From Octopus bimaculoides (lineage: Eukaryota): a DNA stretch of 64,000 nucleotides. The DNA is taken from contig NC_068984.1 of NCBI RefSeq assembly GCF_001194135.2, forward strand, positions 98,595,426-98,659,425. Direction: 5' to 3'. The notes below the pieces were generated by a model. The model searched no databases, was not told the DNA's origin, and saw only the letters and a program-made list of their open reading frames with translations. The position numbers were made by a program, and so were the translations under genes. Every line of letters starts with the position of its first letter. Position 1 is the stretch's first letter. Positions 50,221 through 63,957 of the stretch are shown here, one piece after another.

Positions 50221-51620
50221 TATGTATATTTACACGCACACAAACACACATATCTACATACATACATATATATGTGTGTGTGTGTGTGTTTATGTATATT
50301 TATATATATATATATCTATGTGTGTTTGTCTTTGCATCTGTGTTTGATCCCCACCATTGCTCGACAGTCGATGTCAGTTTGTTTATGTCGCTGTAACCTA
50401 GTGGTTCAGTAAAGTGACCTGTAGAATAAGTACCAAGCTGAAAAAAATGTCCTGGGGTTGATTTTTTCCACTAAAACCCTTCAAGGTGGTACTTCATCAT
50501 GGCCACAGTCAAATGACTAAAACAAGTAGAAGATAAAAGATGTATGTATCTACATACATATATTTATATATANNNNNNNNNNNNNNNNNNNNNNNNNNNN
50601 NNNNNNNNNNNNNNNNNNNNNNNNNNNNNNNNNNNNNNNNNNNNNNNNNNNNNNNNNNNNNNNNNNNNNNNNNNNNNNNNNNNNNNNNNNNNNNNNNNNN
50701 NNNNNNNNNNNNNNNNNNNNNNNNNNNNNNNNNNNNNNNNNNNNNNNNNNNNNNNNNNNNNNNNNNNNNNNNNNNNNNNNNNNNNNNNNNNNNNNNNNNN
50801 NNNNNNNNNNNNNNNNNNNNNNNNNNNNNNNNNNNNNNNNNNNNNNNNNNNNNNNNNNNNNNNNNNNNNNNNNNNNNNNNNNNNNNNNNNNNNNNNNNNN
50901 NNNNNNNNNNNNNNNNNNNNNNNNNNNNNNNNNNNNNNNNNNNNNNNNNNNNNNNNNNNNNNNNNNNNNNNNNNNNNNNNNNNNNNNNNNNNNNNNNNNN
51001 NNNNNNNNNNNNNNNNNNNNNNNNNNNNNNNNNNNNNNNNNNNNNNNNNNNNNNNNNNNNNNNNNNNNNNNNNNNNNNNNNNNNNNNNNNNNNNNNNNNN
51101 NNNNNNNNNNNNNNNNNNNNNNNNNNNNNNNNNNNNNNNNNNNNNNNNNNNNNNNNNNNNNNNNNNNNNNNNNNNNNNNNNNNNNNNNNNNNNNNNNNNN
51201 NNNNNNNNNNNNNNNNNNNNNNNNNNNNNNNNNNNNNNNNNNNNNNNNNNNNNNNNNNNNNNNNNNNNNNNNNNNNNNNNNNNNNNNNNNNNNNNNNNNN
51301 NNNNNNNNNNNNNNNNNNNNNNNNNNNNNNNNNNNNNNNNNNNNNNNNNNNNNNNNNNNNNNNNNNNNNNNNNNNNNNNNNNNNNNNNNNNNNNNNNNNN
51401 NNNNNNNNNNNNNNNNNNNNNNNNNNNNNNNNNNNNNNNNNNNNNNNNNNNNNNNNNNNNNNNNNNNNNNNNNNNNNNNNNNTGTGAAAGAAATGATATT
51501 TTCATGGAATCATTTGGCCATATTTTTGAAATATATATAAATAAAAAATTTGAATCTCTGAGTTGATTTAAAGTTTATTTACATATGAGACTTTAAGCAA
51601 AATGTGTATATATATGTATG

Positions 51621-51665
<45 letters not shown>

Positions 51666-52644
51666 TCAATTAAAAAAACTGAGAGAAAAGGAAAAGAATA
51701 AACAGACAAATGTGAGAATGTAGCACAAGCAATGTATTACTATGACGCTTGGTGAAAGAAGAGTTATTGCTTTACATTTTGAGCATCGCTCTTCATCAGA
51801 AACAAACAAACAAAGATAAATTAGGAATGTCCAAAGGTAAAGAAGGAAGGAGAGGGAAAAATTGCCAACAGTCCACATGTGTTTATATACACATAAATGT
51901 GTGTGTTCATGTTATATATATACATATACACACACATATTTATATGTATATATATGTATATGTGTATATGTTTGTATATATGTATGTGCATGTGTGTGTG
52001 TGTATACGTGTGTGTGTGTGTATAGAGAGAGATGGAGTGGTAGATAGATAAGTACATATATATGGAGAGGGATGGAGCATACTGATTAACCTATATGCCA
52101 AAATATTTTTGAAAAACAGTTTTTTGTAGCAAGTAACTAGTGACTTTTGTGAAAAAGAACAAATTATTGTGGATAGACCTACAGGTTTTTAAAACATAAA
52201 GCAGAAAATTAAATCATGTAGCAAACATTGAAAGTATACTTACATATAGAAGTATATAGAAAAACAGGGAAAGAACTCATGTTCATCATGAGACACATAG
52301 AAGCACACACACACACACACACACACATGCGTGTGCACACACACACACATACACAGATAATGGGTGCAGGCATGGCTGTGGGGTAAGAAAGTTGCTTCCT
52401 AACCACATGGTTCTGGGTTCAGTCCCATTGAATAGTGTCTTCTACTATTGCATTGGATTGACAAAAGCCTTGTGAGTGGTAGACAAAATCTGAAAGAAGT
52501 CTGTATACCATTTGAATGTATTTACACACACACACAAACACACACACACTCTCTCTCTCTCTTACACAAACACTCACACTCTCACACACACACTCTCATA
52601 CTCACTCACAGAGACTCACACACACAGTCACACACACACACTCT

Positions 52645-52683
<39 letters not shown>

Positions 52684-52990
52684 GGCACAGTTTGCCAATC
52701 AAAGGGTAAGAAAGCACTCAGTTTATGGTGGAGAGTATATTACTTCAAATCAATTCTGAAATCCACAGTGGCATAAAACTCAAGTTGCCTGCAAGGAAAA
52801 GAATTCAATTTATAAATAAAATGCCTCATCAAATAAAATAGCCTTAATAAATGGTGCAAGGGAATCTAAATGATAGTAAGTATCAACTCAGAAAACCTGT
52901 TGTAATGTATAAATCCACTCTCATGTGGTACCTTCTGTTGTTGCACTAACATTCCTATCAGAATCTTTCTCATTCCACTATCACTATCAC

Positions 52991-52994
<4 letters not shown>

Positions 52995-53086
<92 letters not shown>
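52995..53086. repeat. (CT)n microsatellite
   Basis: Seen directly. Confidence 0.95.
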
Positions 53087-53088
<2 letters not shown>

Positions 53089-53464
53089 GTTATATATATA
53101 TTGTGTCACTGTCTCCCACACTTGCTGCAGTCTACTTTAGTCTCTGTCTCTTTTTCTCCCCCCCCCCTTATCATCAGTTACTTCTTAAAACACCATATCA
53201 AATATTTCTATTGCAGAACATCTCCAGAGCAACCAGAAGTGGCTCTATATTTCTTAGATGATGTAAGTGGAACTTTTATTTTTTGACACTTAAATTTCTT
53301 TCCAACATAGCCCACACTTCATCAGCCATTCTCCTTCTTGGGTGTTCTACCTACCTACCTACCCACCCACATATATACATACATACATGCATACTCTCTG
53401 TCTTATTGTCTGTCTGTCCCTCTCTGTCTGTCTGTCTGTCTGTCTGTCTGTCCCTCTCTCTCTC

Positions 53465-53496
<32 letters not shown>

Positions 53497-53564
53497 CTTA
53501 CCATCTATCTGCTTATAAATGAAGTGATCTGCCTATATATATATGTATATATGTATACATATAT

Positions 53565-53940
53565 TCTTTTACTTGTTTCAGTCATTTTGATTCTGGACCA
53601 TGCTAGTGCACCACCTTTAGTCAAACAAATCGACCCAGAACTTATTCTTTTTAAGACTAGTACTTATTTTATTGGTATCTTTTGCCAAACCACTAAGTTA
53701 TGGGGATGTAAACATACTGACATCAGTTGTCAAGTGATGGTGGAAAGACAAACACAGATACATAAATACATATGTATATGTACATATGATGGACTTCTTT
53801 CAGTTTCTGTCAGCCAAATCCACTCACAAGGCTTTGGTCGGCCAGAGGCTACAGTAGAAGACACTTGCCCAAGGTGGCATGCAGTGAGGCCGAACCCAGA
53901 ACCATGTGGTTGGGAAGCAAGCTTGTTACCCCACAGTCAC
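53565..53940 (-). mobile_element. SINE family A, full length
   Basis: Reverse complement of the family consensus. Confidence 0.85.
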
Positions 53941-54465
53941 TCCTAAAAATATATGTGTGTTTGTGTGTGTGTATTTGTGTGTGTGTATTTGTGTGTGTAC
54001 ATGTGTGTGTGTGTGTGTGTGCATGTGTGAGTGTTTATGTTTCTTTGTTTTAACATCATTTGTTAGTTGTAACTGAAAATTTCCATTGTTTAAGCATCAT
54101 TATTTGTTTGCAATTTTGTGTGAAAATACGTCTAACCATTGTGTTTTTCAAGACAGATAGGAAGAGCATCCTGTTGTAGAAAATTTGCCATAATGAATTT
54201 TGTCTGACACATGTAAGCAAGCAAAAGTGACTTTCAAAGTATTGATGATAATATATATATTTAATTATTGTACAGTTTTTTCAAAGACAGCATCTTTCTA
54301 TTATATATTCTTATCAAATGTTTGACAAGTTCATAAGATCAAAATATACTGCAGTTTGTCATGAAACTAAATGTATATATGTATATCGTGTGTGTGTGTA
54401 TATTTATATATATATATATATATATAAATTCTCAGCACTTAAATAATAGTAGCTACTAGAGGTTT

Positions 54466-54506
<41 letters not shown>

Positions 54507-55849
54507 GTAGTAGTAGTAGTAGTAGTGGTAGTGGTAGCAGTGGTAGCAACAGCAGTAGTAGTAGTAGCAATGTGTGTGTGTGTGTACGTATATGGAAATA
54601 CCCATTCATTCGATAGAAACAGTACCAGACAGAACAAAGGAAGTCTGTTATGAAGAACAAAAGCTGAGAGAAGAAAAAAAAACTACAATAAAAATATTAA
54701 TTATAAAAAATAGCTCTTAAATCATCTTGTATTTATCTTTCTAATTTTATACCATAGATGTTTCTTTTTGTGTTTTTTGTTTTAGAAACCATGACCAGTT
54801 TGAGAAAAAATGGTACTAGAAAAAGTGTGTGCGTAATATCATTGTATCATGTCTTGTACATAGACATGAACATTTAACTCAGATCTTTGCTTTGCAATCA
54901 TGAGGTCACAGCTTTGGTCTCACTGAACAGCACCTTGATCAAGTGTTTTATACTATAACCATGGTTTGATCCAAGCCTTGTCAGTGAAATTGAGGATATG
55001 GAAACTGTGAAGAAGCCCATTGAATGGATTTTACCTGTAATTCAACGATTTAATTTTTGTCACACTGATGTTACCTGAGAATTACTTTTAATGATAAATG
55101 TGTGTGTGTGTGGAATACGCTTACCTACTTACATGTTAATTGACAACCTAGTTCAGATGCACAAACAATTAATTGTTCGTTGTCAAAACTGATTTAAGAT
55201 CCATCATATCAGACACTAAGGTCTAACACTGAGATCTTATCCAGCTTATATAAAATAGCTCTTATCATCTTTAGCATAATGGACAGTTACTAGTTAAAAT
55301 TGTTATGACACAAGATGCCATGCTTTTGAATTACAGTGTTTTTCTGCAACTGATTCTCTTTGGCATGTCATGAGACACATGGCAAATTTATTCCTCTTCT
55401 TTGGATTAATGCAACAAAAATTGGATTCAAGTCAAGAATAAAAGAAACAGTTTTATTGTATCAAAGCAGAATAGCTGAATATTATTTTCTTATTGTTCTT
55501 CTTGTTTTCTACCATGTGAACTAAATTAGAGCCATTGGCAAGTGAAATATCTTAGTGCTTTGTTTTTTTCCTTTTTCTGTGTCATAAGATATTTCTCCAT
55601 TAAAACAATCTATATTCTCCTTTCTCATTCTTCTGTTATGATATCTTACTTTCATTGCAGGAATATCACTTTTGTCTTTGCTAGTTGAATGACCTTGGTA
55701 AAAGCTTCATTAGAAACACCCGTAACACAACAGCACATGGCCAGATAGGTTGCAGTTATCTCACCTTAAATTTTAATACTTTGGTGACTTGTTGAAAATT
55801 GCAATTCTATTATTACTGGAACAAAAAAGGGATTATGTCACATATATAT

Positions 55850-56240
55850 AAACTCTCCTCCTCGTCATCGCCACCACCACCACAAACATACTCCTCCTCA
55901 TCATCATCACCGCCGTTGTTATCATCCTCATCATCATCATAGTCATCGTCCTCCTCCTCCTCTTCACCGTTGTTATACTCCTCCCCTCATCAACATCATT
56001 GTCATCATCATTGTCGTCGTTGTCATCCTCATCATTATCATTGTTGCTGTCATCCTCCTCCTCCTCTTCATCATCATCATTGTCATCACCATACCACTAT
56101 CAGCAGCAGCACCACCACCACCCAACATGGCCTTTTCATCATCGTTATTATCATTATCATCATCATCGTTATCACTGTCAATGTCATCTCCATTATTGTC
56201 ATTGTTGTAACGACTAACATTACTACCATCCTTGTTGTCA
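55850..56240. repeat. (CAT/CTC/CAC)n low-complexity tract
   Basis: Seen directly; source of the poly-His/Ser/Asp ORFs. Confidence 0.9.
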
Positions 56241-57049
56241 TTGTCATCCAACTATCTATCCATGCTGGCATGGGTTGGACAGGTCTATTCCAACACAGCA
56301 TCTCTCTTCTCACTACCTGTTGCATTAATTTGGGTGTACATACACACCTATAGAGAAAACTGCCAGATGTGCTTTACTTTCACATGATTTTTCACATCTG
56401 GATGCTTTTTCTATCTCACAACATGAACTGGGTTCATTTTATCATACAACTGACACTAAAGAGATTATCAGCAGTACAATGAACCAGACATTTTTACCCT
56501 GTAACAAGTTTTATTTACAATAACTGTTAGTGTTTAGGGTGGTGGATTCTAGATGCTGTCATTATTATTTTTGCTTTTCAGTTTTGCTGGTTCATCTAGC
56601 ATTCATTTGAAATTATCATAACTGTAATAGATTATTGAGACAGTTAATGTATTGATGTCTATTATCATACTTCTTTCTTTTTTGCATTTAGTTCTATTTT
56701 AAGTATTAATCAAAAGTTTCTGCAATATTCCTTCTTTAACTTTTCTTTAATTCTTTTACTCTGTCTAGTTTATTGATTTCTAAGTATTTCTATGTCCGTA
56801 AGAGTTGTAACTGACCTATTAAACTTCCTCATCTTGTTTAATGTTATGCTCTTAATAAATTTTTCTCTCTTCAAGGTTGTTTTAATGTATTTTTAGAATT
56901 CAAATATTGTATGCATTTTACTGGTAAGCCTGTGTGCTGTCAGCAGTAGTATTTCAGTGTATCATCCATCTGCAGTGAGTCTGTCCATTTAGGTAGGAAA
57001 GAAGACAGAACCTCAGTATCATCAGAGAAATAGCTTTGCTCAATATGCA

Positions 57050-57450
57050 AAAGAGGAGTAAGTGTAAGCTCCATATGTTGTATCCAATGTTAGCTATGGA
57101 CACACAAAGGATGAAGCAGCATCACAAGAAGGCTAACAGAGAAGATAAACATTGTATGTGACAAATGCACTTTAGTAATACACACTAAGAAAGCACCAGA
57201 GAAAAGTTCTCTGACATTAGTTAAGGTAAGAATGGGTTGGAAAAAGTTCAGGGAGCTATTGGCAACAAATTACCTGAGAGTGAAGGGTAGATTGTATAAC
57301 ACTTTAACTTGACCTGCAATAATGTGTAGTAATGAGATGTGAGCTTCAAATGCAAAGACTAGAAAGAAATGATGCCAGTATGCTTTGATGGATGTGTAAT
57401 GTTAGAGTGCATGACTACCAGAGTACATGTGAGCTAAGAGAAAGACTGCT
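57050..57450 (+). mobile_element. Heavily decayed RTE LINE remnant
   Basis: GAATGGGTTGGAAAAAGTTCAGGGAGCTATTGGC..GAGAGTGAAGGGTAGATTGTAT..GGATGTGTAATGTTAGAGTGCATG aligns with the RTE copies at 7.1, 8.4 and 27.6 kb. Confidence 0.7.
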
Positions 57451-59044
57451 TTATTCATGACTAATGTTTCAAGGATCCATATGTCGGAAATACTGTTAAA
57501 TACCTCTTAGTCAAGCCATACCATACTCAGACTCTTCATTTCCCTTCTACAATCTTTGGTTATGGTTTTGTTGACTAGTTTTTAATCTTGATAGCCATAT
57601 AAGCCTTTAGAATATCCCTTCAGCTCTTCTGGAAACAATTTTATTCTATTCCTGATGCTTAATTGCTTTCTGCAATTTATTGCAGTTAAAGCTTTGTTTG
57701 CTGTAAGAAGGCAGATTATGTGTTTGTAGGTTTTAAGATTTGATCATTCATTAGTCATAAAGATTAAGATAGTTTTTATTCTTAGTGAATCAGTTACGCT
57801 TTGTTTCTGGCTCCATTAGAATCTCTTTAAACTTCTCCATTAGGACATTATGAGCTTGTGTTAGATCATTTAATCAGAAACTTCTTATCTTATCTCTTAG
57901 TATCTTCCAGTTTGTTTGTTTTTTTTTGCACCATCTGAGCTATTTGTTCTGTTGTTGTGATCTGTGATTGATTAAATTGTTTCTTGCTCATGGTGATTCC
58001 TTCATTGCTTGTGTTCCATCCTTGCCCAATTCTTCTACTTCTGTTAGTGTATTTAGTATTGATATGAAGAAAACTGCTCTGAGGTATTTTCCATAGCCAT
58101 AATGTTAATATACACAGTCTATGTTATTTCTGTTTGTCTCTCTCCCTCCATTCCTCTCTCACTGTCTGTCTGTCTGTCTGTCTAATATAATAAATGCACA
58201 AACTAATTTCTGTGTGTCAGTGTGTCACATTTTGACCTCCTCTCTCACTATTCAATGATACTTCTACTATTCCTTGTGCTGGGGTGAGAGTAATATTAAG
58301 CATAAAGACAGTTAGATGGTGGCAAAGCCAGAGTGAGAACGAGAAAGGAAAATAGAAGGAGAGAAAGAGAGACAAAGAAATTTAGGGAGAGTTGATGATT
58401 TTTTATTAAAAGTAGTAGTGTTGATGGTAGCAGTGGGAGTAATAATAAAAGAGAAAGTAAGAGTGGGTATGTGAGAGAAAGAGGGACTGACCACTGAACT
58501 AACATACTGAACACTGATGATAATGGGGTGATAGTAATAGTATGAGCTGCAGTTGTGATAGAGGCGGAGGCGGTTGTGATGATGGTAGTGGTAGCTGGGG
58601 CGGTCAAGGATGACGGTAAGAGTAAGCGATGCGAAAGACAGAGGTGATAGTGGTGGAGGGGAAGGCAGCGACGTCAAAGGTATTGATGGTGGTGGCATCA
58701 GAAGTCTGAATGGTATGTGTATAGCAGATGTGGTGGCAATGGTAGTGGTACTGTTGTTTATCATGCAGCTTTGCAATAAGTTCCAAGCGACTAATTATAT
58801 CATTGTTTTGATGAAAATTGTTCTTTACTTGAAAAATATTGTTCAGGTTAAATAAAATTTAATATGTATTCAATGCATGAAGTGTCATTGTTGGGCCCAA
58901 GGCCTAATGAAGAGCTCTCCACAGGACCTATCTTTAAAGCCACCTGATAGGGTGCCTTTTAACCTAGTATATAATAATAATAAAAAGTAACAACAATAGA
59001 ATGAGTCCTCGATATTAGATAAATAAAGGATATCTATATCATCA

Positions 59045-59398
59045 TCATCATTATCGTTTAACGTCCGCTTTCCATGCTAGCATGGGTTGGACGATTTGAC
59101 TGAGGACTGGTGAAACCAGATGGCTACACCAGGCTCCAATCTGATTTGGCAGAGTTTCTACAGCTGGATGCCCTTTCTAACACCAACCACTCCTTGAGTG
59201 TAGTGGGTGCTTTTACATGCCACCAGCACGAAGGCCAGTCAGGCGGTACTGGCAACGGCCGCGCTCAAAATGGTGTATTTTACGTGCCACCCGCACAAGG
59301 GCCAGTCCAGGGGCACTGGCAACGATCTCGCTCGAAAGTCCTTACACATGCCGCAGGCATAAGTGCCAGAAAGGCGACACTGGGCACAGGTGCCAAAC
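59045..59398 (-). mobile_element. RTE 3' UTR/tail, young copy
   Basis: Near-identical reverse complement of about 9100-9417. Confidence 0.85.
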
Positions 59399-59406
59399 AG
59401 TAAAAA

Positions 59407-59484
59407 GTTGATATTATAGTACTCAGAGTTTCAAATGTCGGAGCGACGAGCTACAATGCATTCTCATCAGCTATTAATGGCAAC
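59407..59484 (-). ncRNA. Type I hammerhead ribozyme, intact core
   Basis: GTTGCCATTAATAG-CTGATGA-GAATG[21 nt]CATTT-GAA-ACTCTGAGT-A^CTATAATATCAAC. Bulged helix I, 5-bp helix II, GUA triplet; predicted cleavage 59420/59419. Confidence 0.85.
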
Positions 59485-60699
59485 AGATGCTATGAAAAAC
59501 CATTGAATAAAAGGGAAGTTACTCTAATAGGTAGAAAAATAAGAAAAGGATAAAGGTAAATACACACAACCATATTCCCACAATACATGGACATAAACCT
59601 CCTACATTCACAACATCTACATAGCACACACACAAACATGTACATGCACATACACACACACAAAAACAAGCAAACATATGAGTATGTACATACTCATACA
59701 TACACACATGCATACGTNNNNNNNNNNNNNNNNNNNNNNNNNNNNNNNNNNNNNNNNNNNNNNNNNNNNNNNNNNNNNNNNNNNNNNNNNNNNNNNNNNN
59801 NNNNNNNNNNNNNNNNNNNNNNNNNNNNNNNNNNNNNNNNNNNNNNNNNNNNNNNNNNNNNNNNNNNNNNNNNNNNNNNNNNNNNNNNNNNNNNNNNNNN
59901 NNNNNNNNNNNNNNNNNNNNNNNNNNNNNNNNNNNNNNNNNNNNNNNNNNNNNNNNNNNNNNNNNNNNNNNNNNNNNNNNNNNNNNNNNNNNNNNNNNNN
60001 NNNNNNNNNNNNNNNNNNNNNNNNNNNNNNNNNNNNNNNNNNNNNNNNNNNNNNNNNNNNNNNNNNNNNNNNNNNNNNNNNNNNNNNNNNNNNNNNNNNN
60101 NNNNNNNNNNNNNNNNNNNNNNNNNNNNNNNNNNNNNNNNNNNNNNNNNNNNNNNNNNNNNNNNNNNNNNNNNNNNNNNNNNNNNNNNNNNNNNNNNNNN
60201 NNNNNNNNNNNNNNNNNNNNNNNNNNNNNNNNNNNNNNNNNNNNNNNNNNNNNNNNNNNNNNNNNNNNNNNNNNNNNNNNNNNNNNNNNNNNNNNNNNNN
60301 NNNNNNNNNNNNNNNNNNNNNNNNNNNNNNNNNNNNNNNNNNNNNNNNNNNNNNNNNNTATATATATATATTGGCTAAACTGGCAATATGACCATCCCCA
60401 AGTACAACAACATATATATATATATACACACACTCACTCACATATACACCCTCCTATCACACACCTCCCCCACACATATACAAACATATGCATATCTGTA
60501 TAAATGAAGGGGATGTGTGTTTAAGTTTAATAAAATTTAATATGTATTCAATGCATGAAGTGTCATTGTAAGGCACAAGGCCTAATGAAGAGCCCTCCAC
60601 AGGAGCCCTCCACAGGCGCCCTCCACAGGAGCTAGCTTAAAAACCACCCTGCATCTATTTCTAGAAAACTGCTAGAAAACTTTTGCAAGCGATTTTATA

Positions 60700-61140
60700 G
60701 AGATTAGTGAACACGATAATGATATAATCCTCCATGCCAGAAAGACCTTACTCTTCAGTGAGAACACAGAGCGGGTCAAGACAGCAGACACAGAACGTGG
60801 GGTCATATGATGGAACAGGCATATACGATCTCATTGGGCCATTCCTGCTTGTCACATTAGGAAAAGCTTTTCTTGGTGTATATTTAACTCTTTATAGGGA
60901 CAATGCTCTAGTTTTAGCTAAGATTACCAATGGACCAGCACAAGGTCGGTTAAGGAAAGATATTATCCATCTTATGAAAACATTTGAGCTTAGCATAACA
61001 ATAAATACTAACCTGACAATTTTCAATTTACAAACCCTATAGAAAGCCCAACTATAGACTTAGTTATATTAATGTAGGTTTCTGCACCCCACCCATTGTG
61101 TTTAAGAATTTAGTTAAGAATATCAGTAGGAGAATTGTTA
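60700..61140 (+). pseudogene. Penelope-like element reverse transcriptase fragment
   Basis: IILHARKTLLFSE.., GSYDGTGIYDLIGPFLL, LYRDNAL, RLRKDII..FELSITINTNL, PYRKPNYRLSYINVG..HP match PLE RT and thumb motifs (GSYDGAEVCELVG, LYRDDGL, YRKP..YIN..SNHP). Confidence 0.88.
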
Positions 61141-61305
61141 AGTGTATGCATGTAAACACCTATGTGTATATGAGGATGAGGTTGCATACACATATATTTT
61201 TATACATGTATGCATGTGTGTGTGTACTTTTTATCTTTTTTGTTGTTTTCTTTTTCTACCTATTAGAGTAACTTCCCTTTCATTCAACAGTTTTTCATAG
61301 CATCT

Positions 61306-61383
61306 GTTGCCATTAATAGCCAACGAGAATGCTTCGTAGCTCTTCACCCTGACATTTGAAACTCTGAATACTATAATGACAAC
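61306..61383 (+). ncRNA. Decayed hammerhead, same family as 59407
   Basis: Same helices I and II, but core CCAACGA and helix III CTCTGAAT are mutated; part of an inverted match of 59410-59560 to about 61215-61385. Confidence 0.7.
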
Positions 61384-61458
61384 CTTTTACTGTTTATTCT
61401 AAATTATAACATATATCACCTGGAAATAGATGCATGACATTCAATTAAATAATATAAA

Positions 61459-61497
<39 letters not shown>

Positions 61498-61814
61498 TAT
61501 ATATATGTGTATGTATATGTACCTTTTGTATTCAATAGAGGTAATAGCTCTCTGAATTTCCTTCATCCTATTCTTATTCTAGCTATCATATTCTCTGTGC
61601 ATCCTCATCCACTATTTATTTGGTCCCCTGGGTAGCAGAAATTATTCACTACCTCTAATGAACCAGCAGGGCACTTGAGAGAATCAATTTTCCGAGTCTA
61701 TAGTCTTTATGAATCCTGAACACATATATGTATATATATCATCATCATCATTTAACGTCTACTTTCCATGCTGACTGAAGACTGGCAAGCCAGGAGGCTG
61801 CATACAGATAGACA

Positions 61815-61821
61815 TGCAGAC

Positions 61822-61902
<81 letters not shown>

Positions 61903-62046
61903 GATAGATAAAGAGAGAGAGATAGTGATAGATAAATAGATAGATAGATAAATAAAGATAGAGAGAGTGATAGATAGATAGATAAAGAAAGGGCTAGATA
62001 GATAGACAGACAAACAGACAGACAAATAGATAGATAGATAGATAGA
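61815..62046. repeat. (GATA)n microsatellite
   Basis: Seen directly. Confidence 0.95.
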
Positions 62047-62529
62047 TGATAGACAGTTCACTTCAATTCATGCCAACTGAGTGGAATATACTTCACTGAG
62101 GACGTCTAATAATACTAAAACATGCTGTTGCTTTTACTAATTGGCTTTAAAGACCAAATCCATTCCAATGTACAATTTACATTTTACTTAGTTCTCACAA
62201 AGAAGATCTATGAAATTCTGTCAGTCAAGTTGAATGGAATTGGCACACTAGTAGTTTGGGCAATCTTTCATTATATCAGATGTTAGAAGTGGTCAAATAA
62301 TCTATTTTATAAGCATTGTTTCTTATTTGATATTTTTTTCCTACATTTAATTCTTTTACTTTTTGCGGGCATTAGACTGTGGTCATTCTGATGCTCCACT
62401 TTCAAGGGATTTTAGTTGATTATATCAAATCCAGTTCTGCTTTCAGTATTTGTTTGAAATGTCTACATTTGGATAAGTTCCCAAAGTGAGGCAGTTTGAG
62501 TCATCATTATATATACATACATATATTAT

Positions 62530-62560
<31 letters not shown>

Positions 62561-62687
62561 TATATAAATATACACAGTTTTTGGATTAACCAGGCTTCCA
62601 TTGGTTTCATGTTGAGTGAGAATATTTATCCACTAATGCAGTGTTCAGCACTTATTCCTCACAGCTTGATTTTAACATATGATCATA

Positions 62688-62730
<43 letters not shown>

Positions 62731-62850
62731 TAGCTGGGGTGCTGTCACTGCATCCTCATAGTGCTTCCCCACCACTTTTGTAGTTTGCATCAAAATCTAC
62801 TCTCTTGTCTACCATTTGAATTATGATTTTCTCTGTGACCATAACCAGTA

Positions 62851-63260
62851 GGCACAGGAATGGCTGTGTGGTAAGTATCTTGCTTACCAACCACATGGTT
62901 CCGGGTTCATTCCCACTGCGTGGCACCTTGGGCGAGTGTCTTCTACTATAGCCTCGGGCTGACCAAAGGCTTGTGAGTGGATTTGGTAGACGGAAACTGA
63001 AAGAAGCCTGTCGTATATATGTATATATATATGTATATGTTTGTGTGTCTGTGTCTGTACCCCCAACATCGCTTGACAACTGATGGTGGTGTGTTTAGGT
63101 CCTCGTAACTTAGCGGTTTGGCAAAAAGAGACCGATAGAATAAATACTAGGCTTCTAAAGAATAAGTCCTGGGGTTGATTTGCTCGACTAAAGGTGGTGC
63201 TCCAGCATGGCTGCAGTCAAATGACTGAAACAAGTAAAAGAGTAAAAAGAGAGTAAAGAG
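62851..63260 (+). mobile_element. SINE family A, best-preserved full-length copy
   Basis: GGCACAGGAATGGCTGTGTGGTAAG..GGTTCATTCCCACTGCG..tail AAACAAGTAAAAGAGTAAA; CpGs retained. Confidence 0.9.
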
Positions 63261-63576
63261 TATTTTGATTCCTCTGTAGCTGCTTCTCTCAAAGGCATCT
63301 TTTTTGCCTTTGTAGCAGTTTATGATGATACTGCATACAAGGGTAGCATCATACAAAGGTATAACACCTTGCTGTATAGGATAACTAACTGTGTATGCAC
63401 ACAGGAGCAGGCTTGGCTGTGCAGTAAGAAGCTTGCTTCCCAACCACATGGTTCTGGGTTCAGTCTAACTGCATGATACTTTGAGAAAGTGTCTTCTATA
63501 GCCTTAGGTCAACCAAAGCCTTGTGAGTGGATTTGTTGAACAGAAACTTAGAAACCCATTGTATATATATGTGTGT

Positions 63577-63955
63577 GGAGATGCAATGGCCCAGAGGTTA
63601 GGGGAGTGGATTCATGGTTGTAGGATTGTGGTTTTGATTCTCAGACTGGGCGTTATGAGTGCTTATTGAATGAAAACACCTAAAGCTCCACGAGGCTCTG
63701 ACAGGAGGTGGTGGTGAACCCTGCTGTACTCTTTCAACACAACTTTCTCTCACTCTTTCTTCCTGTTTCTGTTGTACCTGTATTTCAGAGGGCCAGCCTT
63801 GTCACACTCTGTATCATACTGAAACTACCCGAGAACTACGTTAAGGGTACACATGTCTGTGAAGTGCCCAGCCACTTGCACATTAATTTCATGAGCAGGC
63901 TGTTCCATTGATTGGATCAACTGGAACACTTGTCATCGTAACCGACGGAGTACCA
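63577..63955 (+). mobile_element. SINE family C, full length
   Basis: tRNA-like head GGAGATGCAATGGCCCAGAGGTTAGGG..GGTTTTGATTCTC plus the conserved core. Confidence 0.85.
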
Positions 63956-63957
63956 TG

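Noticed and set aside
17394-60441. Long ORFs made mostly of X
   Set aside because: They run through assembly N gaps.
60575-60655. CTAATGA..GCT..TAAAAACC in the repeated block as a decayed hammerhead
   Set aside because: Both core halves are mutated in both copies, and helix I is unsupported.
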